DNA from: Paraspadella gotoi
Taxonomy: Eukaryota; Animalia; Chaetognatha
Direction of reading: 5' to 3'
DNA: 64,000 nucleotides
Assembly: GCA_051294375.1 (NCBI GenBank)
Contig: JBJCIZ010000028.1
Coordinates: forward strand, 1,301,576-1,365,575
In this document: one piece after another, positions 11,701 to 31,389 of the stretch
Numbering within the stretch: the first letter of the stretch is position 1
Layout: each line of letters begins with the position of its first letter
Translations under genes and position numbers: made by a program
Notes under the pieces: model-generated
Told to the model about the DNA's origin: nothing
Seen by the model: the letters and a program-made list of their open reading frames with translations, nothing else
Databases searched by the model: none

Positions 11701-14316
11701 ATCGGCGTCGACTCCTTTTCGTTTGTTCGCTCGTTTCACTTCGTTGACGGTGATTGTCTTACCCGGATGTAATAGACCCATCTTAGTCAGATTGGCCACC
11801 ATCTTTTGCGTTTGCGATGTGTCAACCGAATTGGGAGTTTTCTTGCTCAGCACCACCTTCTTTCGTTTCTCTTTGGCTTGCGGCGGCGGCGGTGGCGTCT
11901 TAGCGGCGGAATCACCTGGGGGACGTTTGGTCGCATCCGCGTCGCTCGGATCGATCGAAGACTTTTTGTCGTCGAATTCAATTTTATCACCGACGTCTTT
12001 GTCAATTTTATTCGGCGAAGTCTCGCTCTGTCTCTCTCCTTCCTCTTTAATTCTCTCTCCGATCAAATTCTCATCGCTGACGAAATCCTCTCCTTCTCCC
12101 TCTCTCTCATTGACTCTGTCTCCCACTTCTCCCCCTCCCTTCTTCACGCATCTCTTCTTCACCGAATCCACTCTTCTAACAATCTCCTCGTCGGAATCGG
12201 AAAAAGCCGTCAGACCCAAATATCCCGACTTTGACTTTTCCGCCTTCAACATCGCCTGAAACTTTTTGAGTCTCTTCCGTTTAGCGGCTTTGGGCAAATG
12301 ACTCCAGCGCCTGGCGCCAATCGGTGACTCATCGTCCTTCGGTAGAGACGAAGCCGCTGCTGGAGTCTGAGGCTGCGATTCCGTCTGCCCGTCCGCAGCA
12401 GCCGACGCCGCTCCGGACGCCGCAGCCTTTCCCTCCTCTTCCTCCTTCTTCCCCGTCTCCATCTCCTCGTCCTCAGCGTTCGAAGTCTCCGCATTCTCCG
12501 ATTCTTCCTCGATCTTCGTCGACGACGACATCAACTCCTCCTCCTCATCCCTCTTCCCCTCCAATGAAATCGGATCCAATCCTTCGACGGGTTCCCGGTT
12601 AAGCAGAGCGCGTTTTAACAGAGCTTTGCTTTTGTCTCTGCTTTTTTTGAAGCGTTTTCTCTTTGCTTTGAGTCTTTGCTTTGTTTCATCGTCGTCGTCA
12701 TTTCTCATCGTCGCACGAATGACGCTGTCGATGGCGTTGTCGACGCTCTCCGCATCCGGTCGCTCCTTCTTCCTTCTTCCTCTTTTCTTTGACTTCTGCT
12801 TCTTGACGACGGATTCCGCGCGACCTTCCTCAACGTCCTCGTCAATCTCCAACGCACCCTCCACATCCGGCGTCCGCGTTCGCGAATCATTGACGCCGTC
12901 CGCGTCTCCACCGCCTTCGACACTGCGAGAATCCTCCAAGACGGCGCAGTAGTTGTGGTCCATCCCGACGAGGAACTGGAGGTCCTCCCCTTGGCGAGGG
13001 ATGATGTTGCGAGGAGCGACGATGGCGTAACAATGATCGGGTCCTTTTTCGTCGCGGACGCCGACATCGTCGTGTCCACTTGTCGTCGCCACCCCCAATG
13101 GGTCATGCCCACTTTTCTCTAGATCATCGGGTCTTTTCCCAGCGACACTGGCTTCGGACGCTTTTCGAACTTTGCCGCCCGACAAAGGTTTGGCAGGCAA
13201 GGAGGCGGCGTCCCTGACGTCGGCCTGACCGACGCTGACCGACTTTTTCTTCGCCCTGGACGCTTTGGAGTATTCGTGCCCGCCACCGGCGTGTCGTTCT
13301 CCCTCGGCCGTTCGATAATTGTCGGGCTCGTGCTTCCAACAAGCACAAAGTCCCTTGTGAATGCCGCACTTGAAGGCGGCGCCCTGACGTTGTGACGTTC
13401 GCGATGATGTTCTCAATTCTCCCGACGGACTTTCCATCGTCCGACTCTTTCGCGTCCACGAGGCGGCCCCGGGTCGTTGTCGTGGAGAGGAGGCGGCGGA
13501 GGCAGCGGAAGGATAAGTCGGGGGCCGAGCTGGCGGAGTCGAGTCCAAAGCGGCGATGGAGGGCAGATCGGGGCTTTTGTCGGGCAAAGGTCCTCCGCCA
13601 CTTCGCCGCCTTTCGCCCGACAAGGAGGGCGGACTCCCAAAGACGTCGTCTCGACCGATGAGATCTTCTCCGCCGGCGCCGCCTTGAAATCCGTTGCCAA
13701 GGAGAGAGAATCCCATCGCGACGCCGCCGGTTCCTTGGTTGGCGCCGGCGCTGGCGCCACCGTGGAGGATCTCCTCGACGACCTCCTTCTCCAACTGAGA
13801 GAGCTCGTCGTTCCAGAGACTGTCCGCGTGGACTTCCTGATGCGGCCAATCAATGTTCTTGTCCTGATCGCTGTCGTCGACGCCGGAAGGTGACGCCGCT
13901 GGCCCGGCGCTGTCGGCGTCGCGAAGTTCTTCAGTTTCTGCAGCCGGGTCGGCGAAGTCTTCGACGGACATGTCGGCAGCACCGCCTCGTCGACACCGCC
14001 ACATCGGTTTGCCGTAGCCCTTCTCGTTGCTGAACTGCTCCACAGTGTACCATTGGTCGCAGGCAACTACGCCACCGCCGCCGACAGCCTGTGTCAGGCA
14101 AGGGCGGCTACAATGTGCGTGGCGCTCGACGCGTCCTTCGGCGGCGTGGGCGTCTAGATGAGCGGCGAGTTTGGCTTCGACGGCGAAAAGAGTTTTCTTC
14201 GGGGGACAGATGGCGCAGCGGTAGAGTTCGACGACGACGCCGTCGGGGAGTTCGGAGAGACCGAGACAAATCGACGCCGCTTCGTCGGCATCGCCGTTTT
14301 GCGGCGCCGGTTCCAT
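8732..14316 (-). CDS. Uncharacterised ~1,594-aa putative nuclear protein (exons 14316-11058, 10358-9685, 9583-8732; extra 5' exons possible)
   Basis: GT-AG junctions join three reading frames in phase. Contains a C2H2-like YRCAIC..LAAHLDAH, DHCY/DHNY motifs, basic NLS-like tracts and a CYFC...CKGC cluster. Confidence 0.75.
10835..10905 (-). pseudogene. Retroposed tRNA-Lys(CTT) copy, 5'-truncated by ~5 nt, ending in CCA
   Basis: GTTAGCTCAGTCGGTAGAGCACAGGACTCTTAATCCTGGGGTCGTGGGTTCGAGCCCCACATTGGGCG-CCA, flanked by the 13-bp direct repeat TCTTATTTCAGGG (10822-10834, 10906-10918). Confidence 0.9.
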
Positions 14317-21699
<7,383 letters not shown>

Positions 21700-22099
21700 G
21701 AGACGATCGATCGATCCATCGATCGATCCATCGATCGATTTGCCTGCATTGAGGAATTCTGCTGACAGACCGACCGAAAAACGCTAACGGAGTTCGCCTC
21801 CACGCCCACCTTTCCTATTCCCCTGCATTAAATAATCCCAAAGTCGCCATTCGGACTTTAATTCCTTTCACGTCTCCTTTAAAATCTTTGCATCCGCGCG
21901 ACAATAAAAACAAAAATACTAAATTCTTGAGTTTCAAAAATTAGTTTACGATAAAATATAAATTTCTCTCTTTTCGTCGGTTAGATAAAGATAAAGATAA
22001 ATATGCCATTGTCGAAAAGGAAAAAAAATAATGAAAAAAAAAGGAAAAAACAAACATTGAAGCGTTGAAACTCGTCTCGTGGTGTAAATGTTTTCTTTA

Positions 22100-22420
22100 C
22101 ATTGTTCCTTTTTCTTTTCTTTCCTCCCATGTTTTCTTTTCTTTCCTCCATGTTTTCTTTCTTCCTCCCATGTTTTTTTTTTTCCCCCACCTTTTCTTTT
22201 CTTTCCTCCCATGTTTTCTCTTCCCACATTTTCTTTCTTTCCTCCCACATTTTCTTTTCTTTCCTCTCCACATTTTCTTTCTCTCCTCCCACGTTTTCTT
22301 TTTCCTCGTTTTCTTTTCTTTCCTCCCACATGTTTTCTTTTCTTTCCTCCCATGTTTTCTTTCTTTCCTCTCACTTCTTTCTCCACGTTTTCTTTTCTCT
22401 CCTCCCACGTTTTCTTTCTT
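22100..22420. repeat. Pyrimidine-rich ~22-nt degenerate tandem repeat
   Basis: TTTTCTTTCTTTCCTCCCACAT-like units; explains the spurious K/E- and F/S-rich ORFs. Confidence 0.9.
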
Positions 22421-22747
22421 CGTACCTTATTTACTTTTAAAAACCTTTCTTCTCTTTTCTTTCCAAGACACTATTTTATTTTTTGAATTTTTAAAATTGT
22501 GTTTTTCGGCTTAGTTTTTTTTTTTTTTTTTTTTTTGCCTAATGTCTTTTCCAAAAGATTTTTGTTTTTCATTTATTCATTAGATTAATATTCCTGTTTA
22601 AAACGATTTTTTTTAAATAAACATTATTCTACTGCGATTTTATGACAAGGTGTTCTTTAACGTTTTTTAATTATTTTTGTTTTGGAAAACTGATTTTTTC
22701 CCCTTGTAAAAAAAAATAGGATTTAATACTTTATTAGACTAACAAAA

Positions 22748-25652
22748 ATGAAAAACTTCGAATCGAATGACGAAAGTTACGCGTTGATCGGAAATATTCC
22801 GCCTAGTTACCACTCGGCCGACCTGAGGTAAATCTAAATAATTTAACGGTAGATTAATATTAATTTATAGCAGTAGTGCTTAGCTGGGTGGGTCATCACA
22901 CCTGTTGGCGTTAGAGGCTTCGGACCCTCAGTAACGCCACCGGTAACGTCACGCTTTGCCAATGGAGCGGAAGTCGTTCGGACTGTAGAATCTACAGTGT
23001 ACATAGAACTGAGATTGGCTGAAGTAGAATGGAGGTGAGGCGGTGTGGATTCGCCGCCAAAAAAGCTTCTTTAACCATTTCAATGATATACGTTTCCATT
23101 TTAATTCCAGACGATTTTTCTCCACTTTAATCGAAGCGGAAGCCTTTCTGTGTTTCCACTACCGCCACCGACCCGAACCACAGCGACGACGACCACAACC
23201 ACAACGCGATCTTTCCACAGATAAAACGAATGACGGGAATCAGAACCACAATCAAAACCAAACCTTCTGTTGCTTCGTGAAGACATCGACGACGGAAAAT
23301 TTGTCGCGACTCATTTCGTTATATCACAGGTTGATGGGGTTGTAGTAGATGCTGGAGTTTGATGCAGTTAGATTCTATAGGTAGATGTAGTGAAAAGTTA
23401 TGATAAAGATTGATGCGTTTAGATACTGTAATTAGATGATGATTAGATTAGATCCTGGCCGATGCAAGTGGTAGAAGCTCGTAGTACAAAATGTAAGTTT
23501 TTTTTTAATTTTGAAGCTAATTAACTATATTTTATTTATTTATTCAGGAAACATTGGACGGACGCTCATGGTAATTCTCTTCCGTCTCTCTGCCTCGTCA
23601 GGAAATTAAAAACGAAAAAAGGCATCGAAGGTGACGGAATTCAGTCGGTCAGTCCGTCACGAAACGAATCAAAGAATCAACCAGCGAAAGATCTCTCCCA
23701 CAATTTGTCCGCCAGTGAAGTGGTTGCGTCGACCGGCGATTCGCAAACTTTGTTCACCAGCTGTTCGGTCATGACCTCGAACGATTTGAGAAAGTCAGCG
23801 AGCGATTCTCGAACTTTGTTGACCAGCGGTTCAGTTGTGACGGCGACCAATTCGGTCACGTCGGCGAGCGATTCCCAAACTTTGCCAGCCAGCGGTTCTC
23901 TTGCGACAATAAGCAGTTTGGTTACGTCGGCGAGCGATTCCCAAATTTTGCCAGCCAGTGGTTCTCTTGCGACAATAAGCAGTTTGGTTACGTCGTCGAG
24001 CGATTCTCAAACTTTGTCGGCGAACTACTCGGTTCCATCGACTAGCGATTCTCAAATCTCTTCCACCTTGAATTCGATTCTCTCGACGACCGACTTGATC
24101 TCCCTCAAAGAATTCAAACCTCCCGCGGTGATGATGCCGCGCGGAAACGTGGGCACGCCCACTTCCTTCTACTTGGCCAAGATCCGCGATTGCGCCGTCC
24201 CCGCCGGCCTCATCTCCAAATTGGGACTAGTCTTTCCAAAGGCGAAAGGAAAGAGGAAATACTCGAGCGTCCCGCCCCCGGAGGTTTTGAAGGAAGATGT
24301 GGAAGACGTCGGCTGGTGTGTCGATGAGGTTGTGGAGGATGTTGAAGTGAGGGACGGAAATGGATGCCGAATTCTGGGTGAGAGAGAAGTTATCGAGCGA
24401 CGAGCCGACAAAGAAACTAGGGAAGCCGACGACGACGCCGTTAAAGACGCCGACGACGACGATCCTCCCGGCGAAGAGGACGACGAGACGGAGGAGTGGG
24501 AGCGTCACGAGTCTTTACACTCGGACGTCACGGCGCAGGTGATGAACGGAATTATTTATTTTATTTAATTAATTAAATAACAGAGTTAACTGAATTAATA
24601 TGGATGGCGGCATCGCTTGGTTTTTGATTAAACATTAAGACAGTTCTGAAATCCTTTTTCATAATACACGGCATATGTATTACAAATTTGGCTAAACAAA
24701 TGCGGTAGCACTCATTAAACGTTAATAATACGAGAGTTGTCCTTTCAAAAGTTACATCCAATTAAATTAATCACTTGATTGATAAAGAAGCTAAGTACTG
24801 CGTGTCTTTATTGAAATCTTGCAGGGCCTTGGGGTTAACCTTCCTAAAACGTAAAAACCCCTTTTCTCTGGTAATGTTAAGGCGTTAATAAACGACTATG
24901 AGGAAGACAATTGTTTTATTAATGGATTAGTATATCAACTTAGAATCAAATTCAATGTTGTAATTGAGTTTGTGTTTTTAAAACAGGATCGAACGAAGGA
25001 GCGACTCTACGAAGAAGAGATCGAATTAGTTTGGGAAAAAGGAGGAAGCGGTCTTCTCTTTTATACCGACGCTCAATTCTGGAAAGAGCAAGAAGGAGAG
25101 AAGGAGTTTGAGTGGGAGACGGCCGACGATTGGGACGTCGACATGTCAGTTTATTACGAAGAAGGAGGAGGAGATAAAGACGCCAGGGATCACGTCGAGA
25201 TTAGGAGAGAGGAGAGGAGGAGGAGGGGAGAAGGGGACGTCGGGTTGGGGATCGATGGGCGGGGATCGGGGAAGAGATCGAGGGATAAAAACGCATTCCA
25301 ACCCTTTCCCTCTGGATTCGGCAAAAAGATGATGGAGCGACAGGGATGGAAGGAAGGACAAGGATTGGGCTCCACTTTTCCCGGGATCGAAACCGCCCTC
25401 GACGCCGAAGGTCAGGCGCCGAATGACCGGACGGGATTCGGGTTCCGGAAGGGGGCGTCCATCGGCCGAACGAGGGTGTTGAAGGGCGAGGAGAGGCGGG
25501 CGAGGAAGAGAGAGTTGGAGGGCGTGGCCAAAGAGGACCAATACGTGTTGCCGACCAAATACGATGTGTGGAGAGAAGTCAATCAAGTTGGAGACGAATT
25601 TCGATCTGCGGACTCGACTCGATCCTCCAAGAGATATTTTTGGGGAAAATGA
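22748..25652 (+). CDS. GPATCH3: G-patch domain-containing protein 3 (exons 22748-22827, 23111-23329, 23548-24538, 24987-25652)
   Basis: IGNIPPSYHSADLR|RFFS..FLCFHYRHRPE, MPRGNVGTPT, EEWERHESLH, ERLYEEEIELVWEKGGSGLLFYTDAQFW, G-patch GFGKKMMERQGWKEGQGLG. Confidence 0.92.
22905..22962 (-). ncRNA. Decayed twister-like motif (family B-related, internal deletion)
   Basis: TTGGC-aaa-GCGT-GA-CG...GTTACTG-AGGG-T-CCG-AA-GC-CTCT-aac-GCCAA. Confidence 0.55.
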
Positions 25653-25918
25653 GACACTTGTTTATTTTATTTATTTTGTTTATACATTTTATAATGTATT
25701 GTTACTAGTTATAAATGTTTGCAAATCTCTCTTCACCACTCCCTACCCCAACTTGTCTCGTTCATTTTCCATCCAGTTACAAAGTCGTCATTTTCTCGTC
25801 ATTTGAATAAATAAATCAAGTTTTATTTTTAGGTTATTACTTATTAGTTAAAATATCCTTAAACCTCAAACATTAAACAAAGAACTCATTTTCGAGATTG
25901 AGCTAAAAAAAAGACAAA

Positions 25919-26887
25919 ATGCAGAAGACAGAAAATTCCGAGGGAAAGGGCGACGTCAAGTCTGAACGCGGCGACGCCAAGCGGCTGCTGCTCTGCGCCG
26001 GCGGCGTCTTCGTCTGCTACTTTTACTACGGAATCGTGCAAGAGAAAATCACGCGAGGAAATTACGGGGACGAAAGATTCACTTTCGTCCAGTGTCTCGT
26101 CTTTGTCCAGTGCGTCGTCAACGCTCTCTTTGCTAAGGTCAGAAAATAGTAAGGTTTAATTTATACGCTTATTTATACTTATGGAGTTAACATGATGAAT
26201 AAAAAAAATAGTGTGACCATACTTTGTCTACTGGGTCGTTATCTTTTTCTTAATTCTGTATTTCTTTTCTTAAATATCTCATTCTTTTAAATATTATCCC
26301 TTTCTTCCTTTAAAATTCGGTTCTATGTTTTTATCAGTACTAATTTTTGTTTAATCAAATAAGATACTTAATGAATTTCTACTCCTTAAAGATCATGCTT
26401 CAATTGACGGAGCCGTCCGCCCGCGACACAACATCCGAAGTCAAGTACGCCCTCTGCGCCTGCAGCTACTTGGGGGCGATGGTCTCCAGCAACGCGGCGC
26501 TGCAGCACGTCAATTACCCGACTCAAGTCTTGGGAAAATCCTGCAAACCCATTCCAGTCATGTTGCTGGGTGATTATTAATAAGATGAATAAAGATTAAA
26601 GAAATCACTTTTTTATTGATTAATGATGAAGTCTTAAAACATATACCGTTGATGTGACTGGTAAAAAAACCTTTATTCTTGCGCATGCGTTCATTCTAAA
26701 AATTTGTGCATCTCGAACTCAGCCTCCCCTTGAAATTCATCGACGATCCATTCCAACTTCTTCCTTCAGGAGTCTTGCTGGCGAAGAAGTCTTACCCTCC
26801 GGCCAAATACCTCTGCGTTCTCTGCATCACTCTCGGGGTCGCCCTCTTCGTCTACAAAGATGACAAAGCCTCTCGCTCCTCTGGTAA

Positions 26888-26925
<38 letters not shown>

Positions 26926-27723
26926 AAAAATTAAAAAAATATAAAATCATAATCTTTTCCCTCTCCCCCTCTATTTTCCTTCCTTTCCACCTCTCTCTCT
27001 CTCTCTCCCTCCCCCAAAAAGGTTTCTCCCTCGGCGTTGGCGAACTGCTCGTCTGTCTCTCACTCTGCCTCGACGGCGTCACCGGCGCCATCCAAGATAG
27101 AATGCGCGCCGAGAGCGCCACTCGTCCATACCCTATGATGCTGAAGATGAACCTGTGGTCGACGCTGGTGCTGGGGTTGGCGGTGCTGGTGACGGGCGAG
27201 GCGATGGAGTTCGTCGCCTTCGTCGGGAGACACCCTTCGATCCTCCAACACTTGGTCGAGTTCGCCGTCGCCTCGGCTCTCGGACAGAACTTCATCTTCG
27301 CGACGATCTCTCACTTCGGACCGCTCGTCTGTTCCGTCGTCACGACAACGAGGAAGTTCTTCACAATTTTGGGTGAGTTAGGTTACCGGGTAGAGTCAGT
27401 CGGTAATGTCTTTTAATTTCTGATTACGTCGGTTTCATCGTTCTTTCGCAGTTGCTGGAACTTGAATCTCATTTGCATAAAGCGGTATTTCGGAAGATGC
27501 TTTGCAAATCGAGCGACCATTGGTTTTTTCTAATTATACAATTACAATACAATACAATACAATATATATCTCTTTATTCCCCGACCCTCTTTCAGTCTCA
27601 GTCGTCTTCTTTGGCAACGTCCTCTCCACTCGGCAATACTACGGCAGCGCCTTGGTCTTTACAGGGTTGCTAGGCGACGCCATCTACGGGAAACGACGCC
27701 CGCAACCCGTCGCCAAAGAATGA
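25919..27723 (+). CDS. SLC35B1: Solute carrier family 35 member B1 (ER nucleotide/nucleotide-sugar transporter family), 5 exons
   Basis: [85 protein letters not shown]. Confidence 0.95.
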
Positions 27724-28186
27724 CGCGGGCGGGACCCGGCGGAATTGCTCAAGTGTCGACGCTCTACATTCCAAAAAAAAAAAGGAAAAAAACATTTCGA
27801 ATTAAAAGAAAGTGAAGATTAAAAGATCTAGTTTCTTTTTTGTTTTGACAATCGAATTTCCCTCTCGTCTCCCATCGGCCATCCATTCCCTTACAATCCT
27901 CATCCCTTTATCTAGTTTTATATTTACTTAACATTTAGACATTTTTTAAAAATTAATTCTTCGTTAATTTATTCGTTCTCCGGCCTCGACCGGGTTTCAA
28001 GACTTTCGTCCTATTTTTTTTTTCTACGGTAGCGTGAATTTTATACTTGCATATATTTTTTTATTACAGGTTATGAAATAGGCTAAAATTTTGTGTTCGT
28101 TTCTTTATTTTATCTTTGAAAAATAAAAAAATGACTTGATTTTTGTTAATTTCCTTGTTGCACCCGAAACGCGATCCACGTCCACA

Positions 28187-30759
28187 ATGACGACCCTCTC
28201 CGCCGCCGCGCCACTCATGTTTCCGGTTAGAGACGTTTAATAAGTATTGAGACTGTTTAGCATTTAAATCTTAAATTATTAATGTTACTTTCGTTGCAGG
28301 TCGTGCTAAATCCTGTCCTGAAGAAACTCGAAGTGGAAAACCCCGACGCTGTCCACATTTTGCGTCGCGCCTTCGCTAAGGCCGATCAGGTAAAACGCGT
28401 TACTGTTTTTGTAGCAGAATAATTTAGATTTTCCATTTTCTTCTTTAACCGATTGTTGTGAATCGCTCGACTCTTTCGTTTTATAGAGTTCAATCCTGCG
28501 TTTTGAATCTTCAAATTCATTTGCATATTGTCGTCTTGTCGCTTTATAATTCTCTTTTTCCAACCGCCTTTATGCTCATTGCTCAATGCTCATCTTCTGC
28601 CCCCTGGTTCGAACCCAACCTTCACCCAATCTTTGCAGGTAAATCCGGCCATCACCTCCGACTTCATCATGGGCATCCTGACAAAGGCCGACCTCCACTC
28701 GCGGGTCAACATGAACGAGACGCTGTTGAAGCTCGTCTCCTTCACCGGAGAGATGGAGGAGCTCACGCTCAACCGGACCGAAGGCCCCTTCCTCGAGCTC
28801 AATCTCCGGGCGACGGCCTTGAAGAAGATCCTCTCCAAGATTCCCAGTCAGATCAACAACCGTCAGGCGTTTTTGGAGACCATCAAGGTGACGTGGGGGG
28901 AGGCACTCGAAGATTGTTCTATTTCCGGTTTGCTCATTCTTTAAATCCTTTGTCAATGTCGCTGAAATTATACGCGTTTTCGATGATAAAGTTTCTTGAG
29001 TTTATGATCTAATGCTGAGGAATATTTATTAATTAAACTTGGATAATATACAGAAGGCTTCATATTATAAAATGTGGTACCCCTTTTTTGTGACCAGAAT
29101 CTGTTTCCACCAAAGTACTCGATGAAATTTTACATACAGTCCTAATGACGATATAAATGAAACTATCGAGGCGAATTTTGATATTCAACCCCTGACAAAG
29201 AGATACAGGGTCCTGGGGCAGGACCCCTGGGGGGCCAAAAAAGCCTAAAAAGTTGTTTTTTTTAAATATTTTTTAGTAGGATCAGGTGCATTGACGTCTT
29301 AAACATGTAAAAAAAAACATTTTAGAACTAAAATTGATAAATTTTCAATAATTAAGCATTGTTTGAAGATGCATGGTTCATCGTTTTACTTCCAATTTTC
29401 CAAAATTATTCCAAATCTGGCTTGAACAGCTAACGTTCATGAAGATAAAAATTAAGGAAAACTAACATTTTTGAGGTAATAAATAGGTTTTTGTGGAAGA
29501 GTAAACATTTGTGCAACTGTTCAAAACAAAAATATTTGAAAAATTTGTAAAAAATTTTTGACCATTTTTTGCCCCAATGGGTGACCCCCCAGAGGGCCCA
29601 TATGTCGGCTCAGGGGTCAGGGGTCAAATTCGCCTCGATATTTCTATTTGTATTCACATAGGGATCGTTAATTCCAAATTTCAATAAATTTGGTCCAGTA
29701 GTTTTCTCGGAACGTGTTCTCGTCAAGGGGTACCACATTTTATAATATGAAATTAAGACCGAAACATGTCTGATTTTTTATTAAAAATTTCGTTGTATAA
29801 ATAAAGAAAACATTTCTCATCTCAAATTTTTAACCGACAAAAAAGGAAGGAAAAATATACTAGTTATATACATGTAAAATTTAATGTATTATATACAAAA
29901 CTTTGGTGTGATGACAAATTAATAAAAGCGAAGTCGCCCTCTTTAGTGGAGATCAGTTTTTTAAAAAAATGATATTCTATGACTTTCGTTTTATTATTAT
30001 AATATATTTAATAATATAATATTATTATAATCCTTATTAATTAATCCTCAATCNNNNNNNNNNGTCGCCCTCTTTAGTGTTATCTTGAGCCACTTCAACT
30101 GGAGCTCAGTTTTAAAAAAAAAATGATATTCTATGACTTTCGTTTTATGATTTGTTTGTTTTAAAAATGGTAATTAATCCTCAATCCTTAGTAATTAATC
30201 CTCAATCCTTAGTAATTAATCCTCAGGCAATCGCGAGTTCCATCAAGAAGTTTCTCGACGGAGTCAACGGTATCTTCGTGTACATTCCCGCGCAACAAAA
30301 GAGACAACGACTTGAGCAACGAAAAAAGGTCAGGAGACCAAATAATTAATTTAATTATGGATAGATTTGAAACCATTAATAGAAATTGGGATTTTTTAAC
30401 GCGTCGCCACGGAATTGTCTTATCCTTCTCTTCTATGTTTAAACCAATCTTATTCTTTTTATTACTGCCTTTAAAATTATATTTTTACAAATTAACAAAA
30501 GTTTTTCTAAAGTTTGGTTTTATAGTTTTTGTTAAAAACTTTTTTATGTAAGTTTTATTCTCAACCAATAGAATAAAGTTCAAAACGTCTCTCTCTCTCT
30601 CTCTCTCGCCAGGATTTCGTCCGCTACTCGAAGAGGTTCAGCAACACTTTGAAGGAGTTCTTCAAAGACGGACATCAGAATGACGTGTTCGTGAGCGCCA
30701 ATGACCTCATCACTCAGACCAACGTCACCATGAAAACAATCAAATCCATATCTGAATGA
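28187..30759 (+). CDS. PDCD10: Programmed cell death 10 / CCM3, 5 exons
   Basis: LRRAFAKADQ|VNPAITSDFIMGIL, RATALKKILSKIPSQINNRQAFLETIK|AIASSIKKFLD, LEQRKK|DFVRYSKRFSNTLKEFFKDG. Confidence 0.92.
29065..29745. mobile_element. MITE / non-autonomous DNA transposon with perfect TIRs and a probable TA TSD
   Basis: TTATAAAATGTGGTACCCCTT at 29065 and its exact reverse complement ending at 29745; TA on both sides; no ORF. Confidence 0.85.
30054..30063. other. Assembly gap (10 N) with overlapping duplicated flanks
   Basis: GTCGCCCTCTTTAGTG...ATGATATTCTATGACTTTCGTTTTAT occurs on both sides. Confidence 0.9.
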
Positions 30760-31389
30760 AAACCCGTCTATCTCCCAACTTCTTTCTAAATCCCCTTTCT
30801 GTTTCTTTTATCTATTCTCTTTCTTTTATCCCTTCTTAATCCTTTATTTCCATCTTTCTCTTCTTCCTACCCTTCAGTCTCTTATTTATTCTCTTTTCGC
30901 CCCTTCTCTCTTTTCCTTATTTTATCCTCTCTTCCTCCCTCCCATTCTTCCTCCCTCCCATTCTTCCTCCCATCCTTCCTCCCATCTTTCGCCGCGTAGT
31001 TAAGTTTCTATTCTAACTCTCTGCTCAGAGAGAAAGTATGGCCTTTAGAAGAAAAAGTCAAGTTTTCGCATTACTATTACTACTACTACTACTACTTGTA
31101 TCACTAATAAAATTGGTCGTGCCTTCCGTATCTCTCTCTCTCTCTCATGAAGATAGTTATATCACACACTGACCGAAAAAAAAATTAATAAATAAATAAA
31201 AAAGTACATAATTATATTGTTTGCTTAGCCACTGAATTTAAGCAACGTTCTTGTATATTTTATTCACTTAATACCTAATAACGATTTATTCTTTTCATAG
31301 GCGCTGACTGAATATAAACTTTATTTAAATAACACGATGAAACTTCGATAAAAAAAAAACAAAAGACTTTGGCAGCCACGCCCACCAAA

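Noticed and set aside
21946-22514. Six overlapping K/E/R- or F/S/L-rich ORFs
   Set aside because: Artefacts of a pyrimidine-rich tandem repeat.
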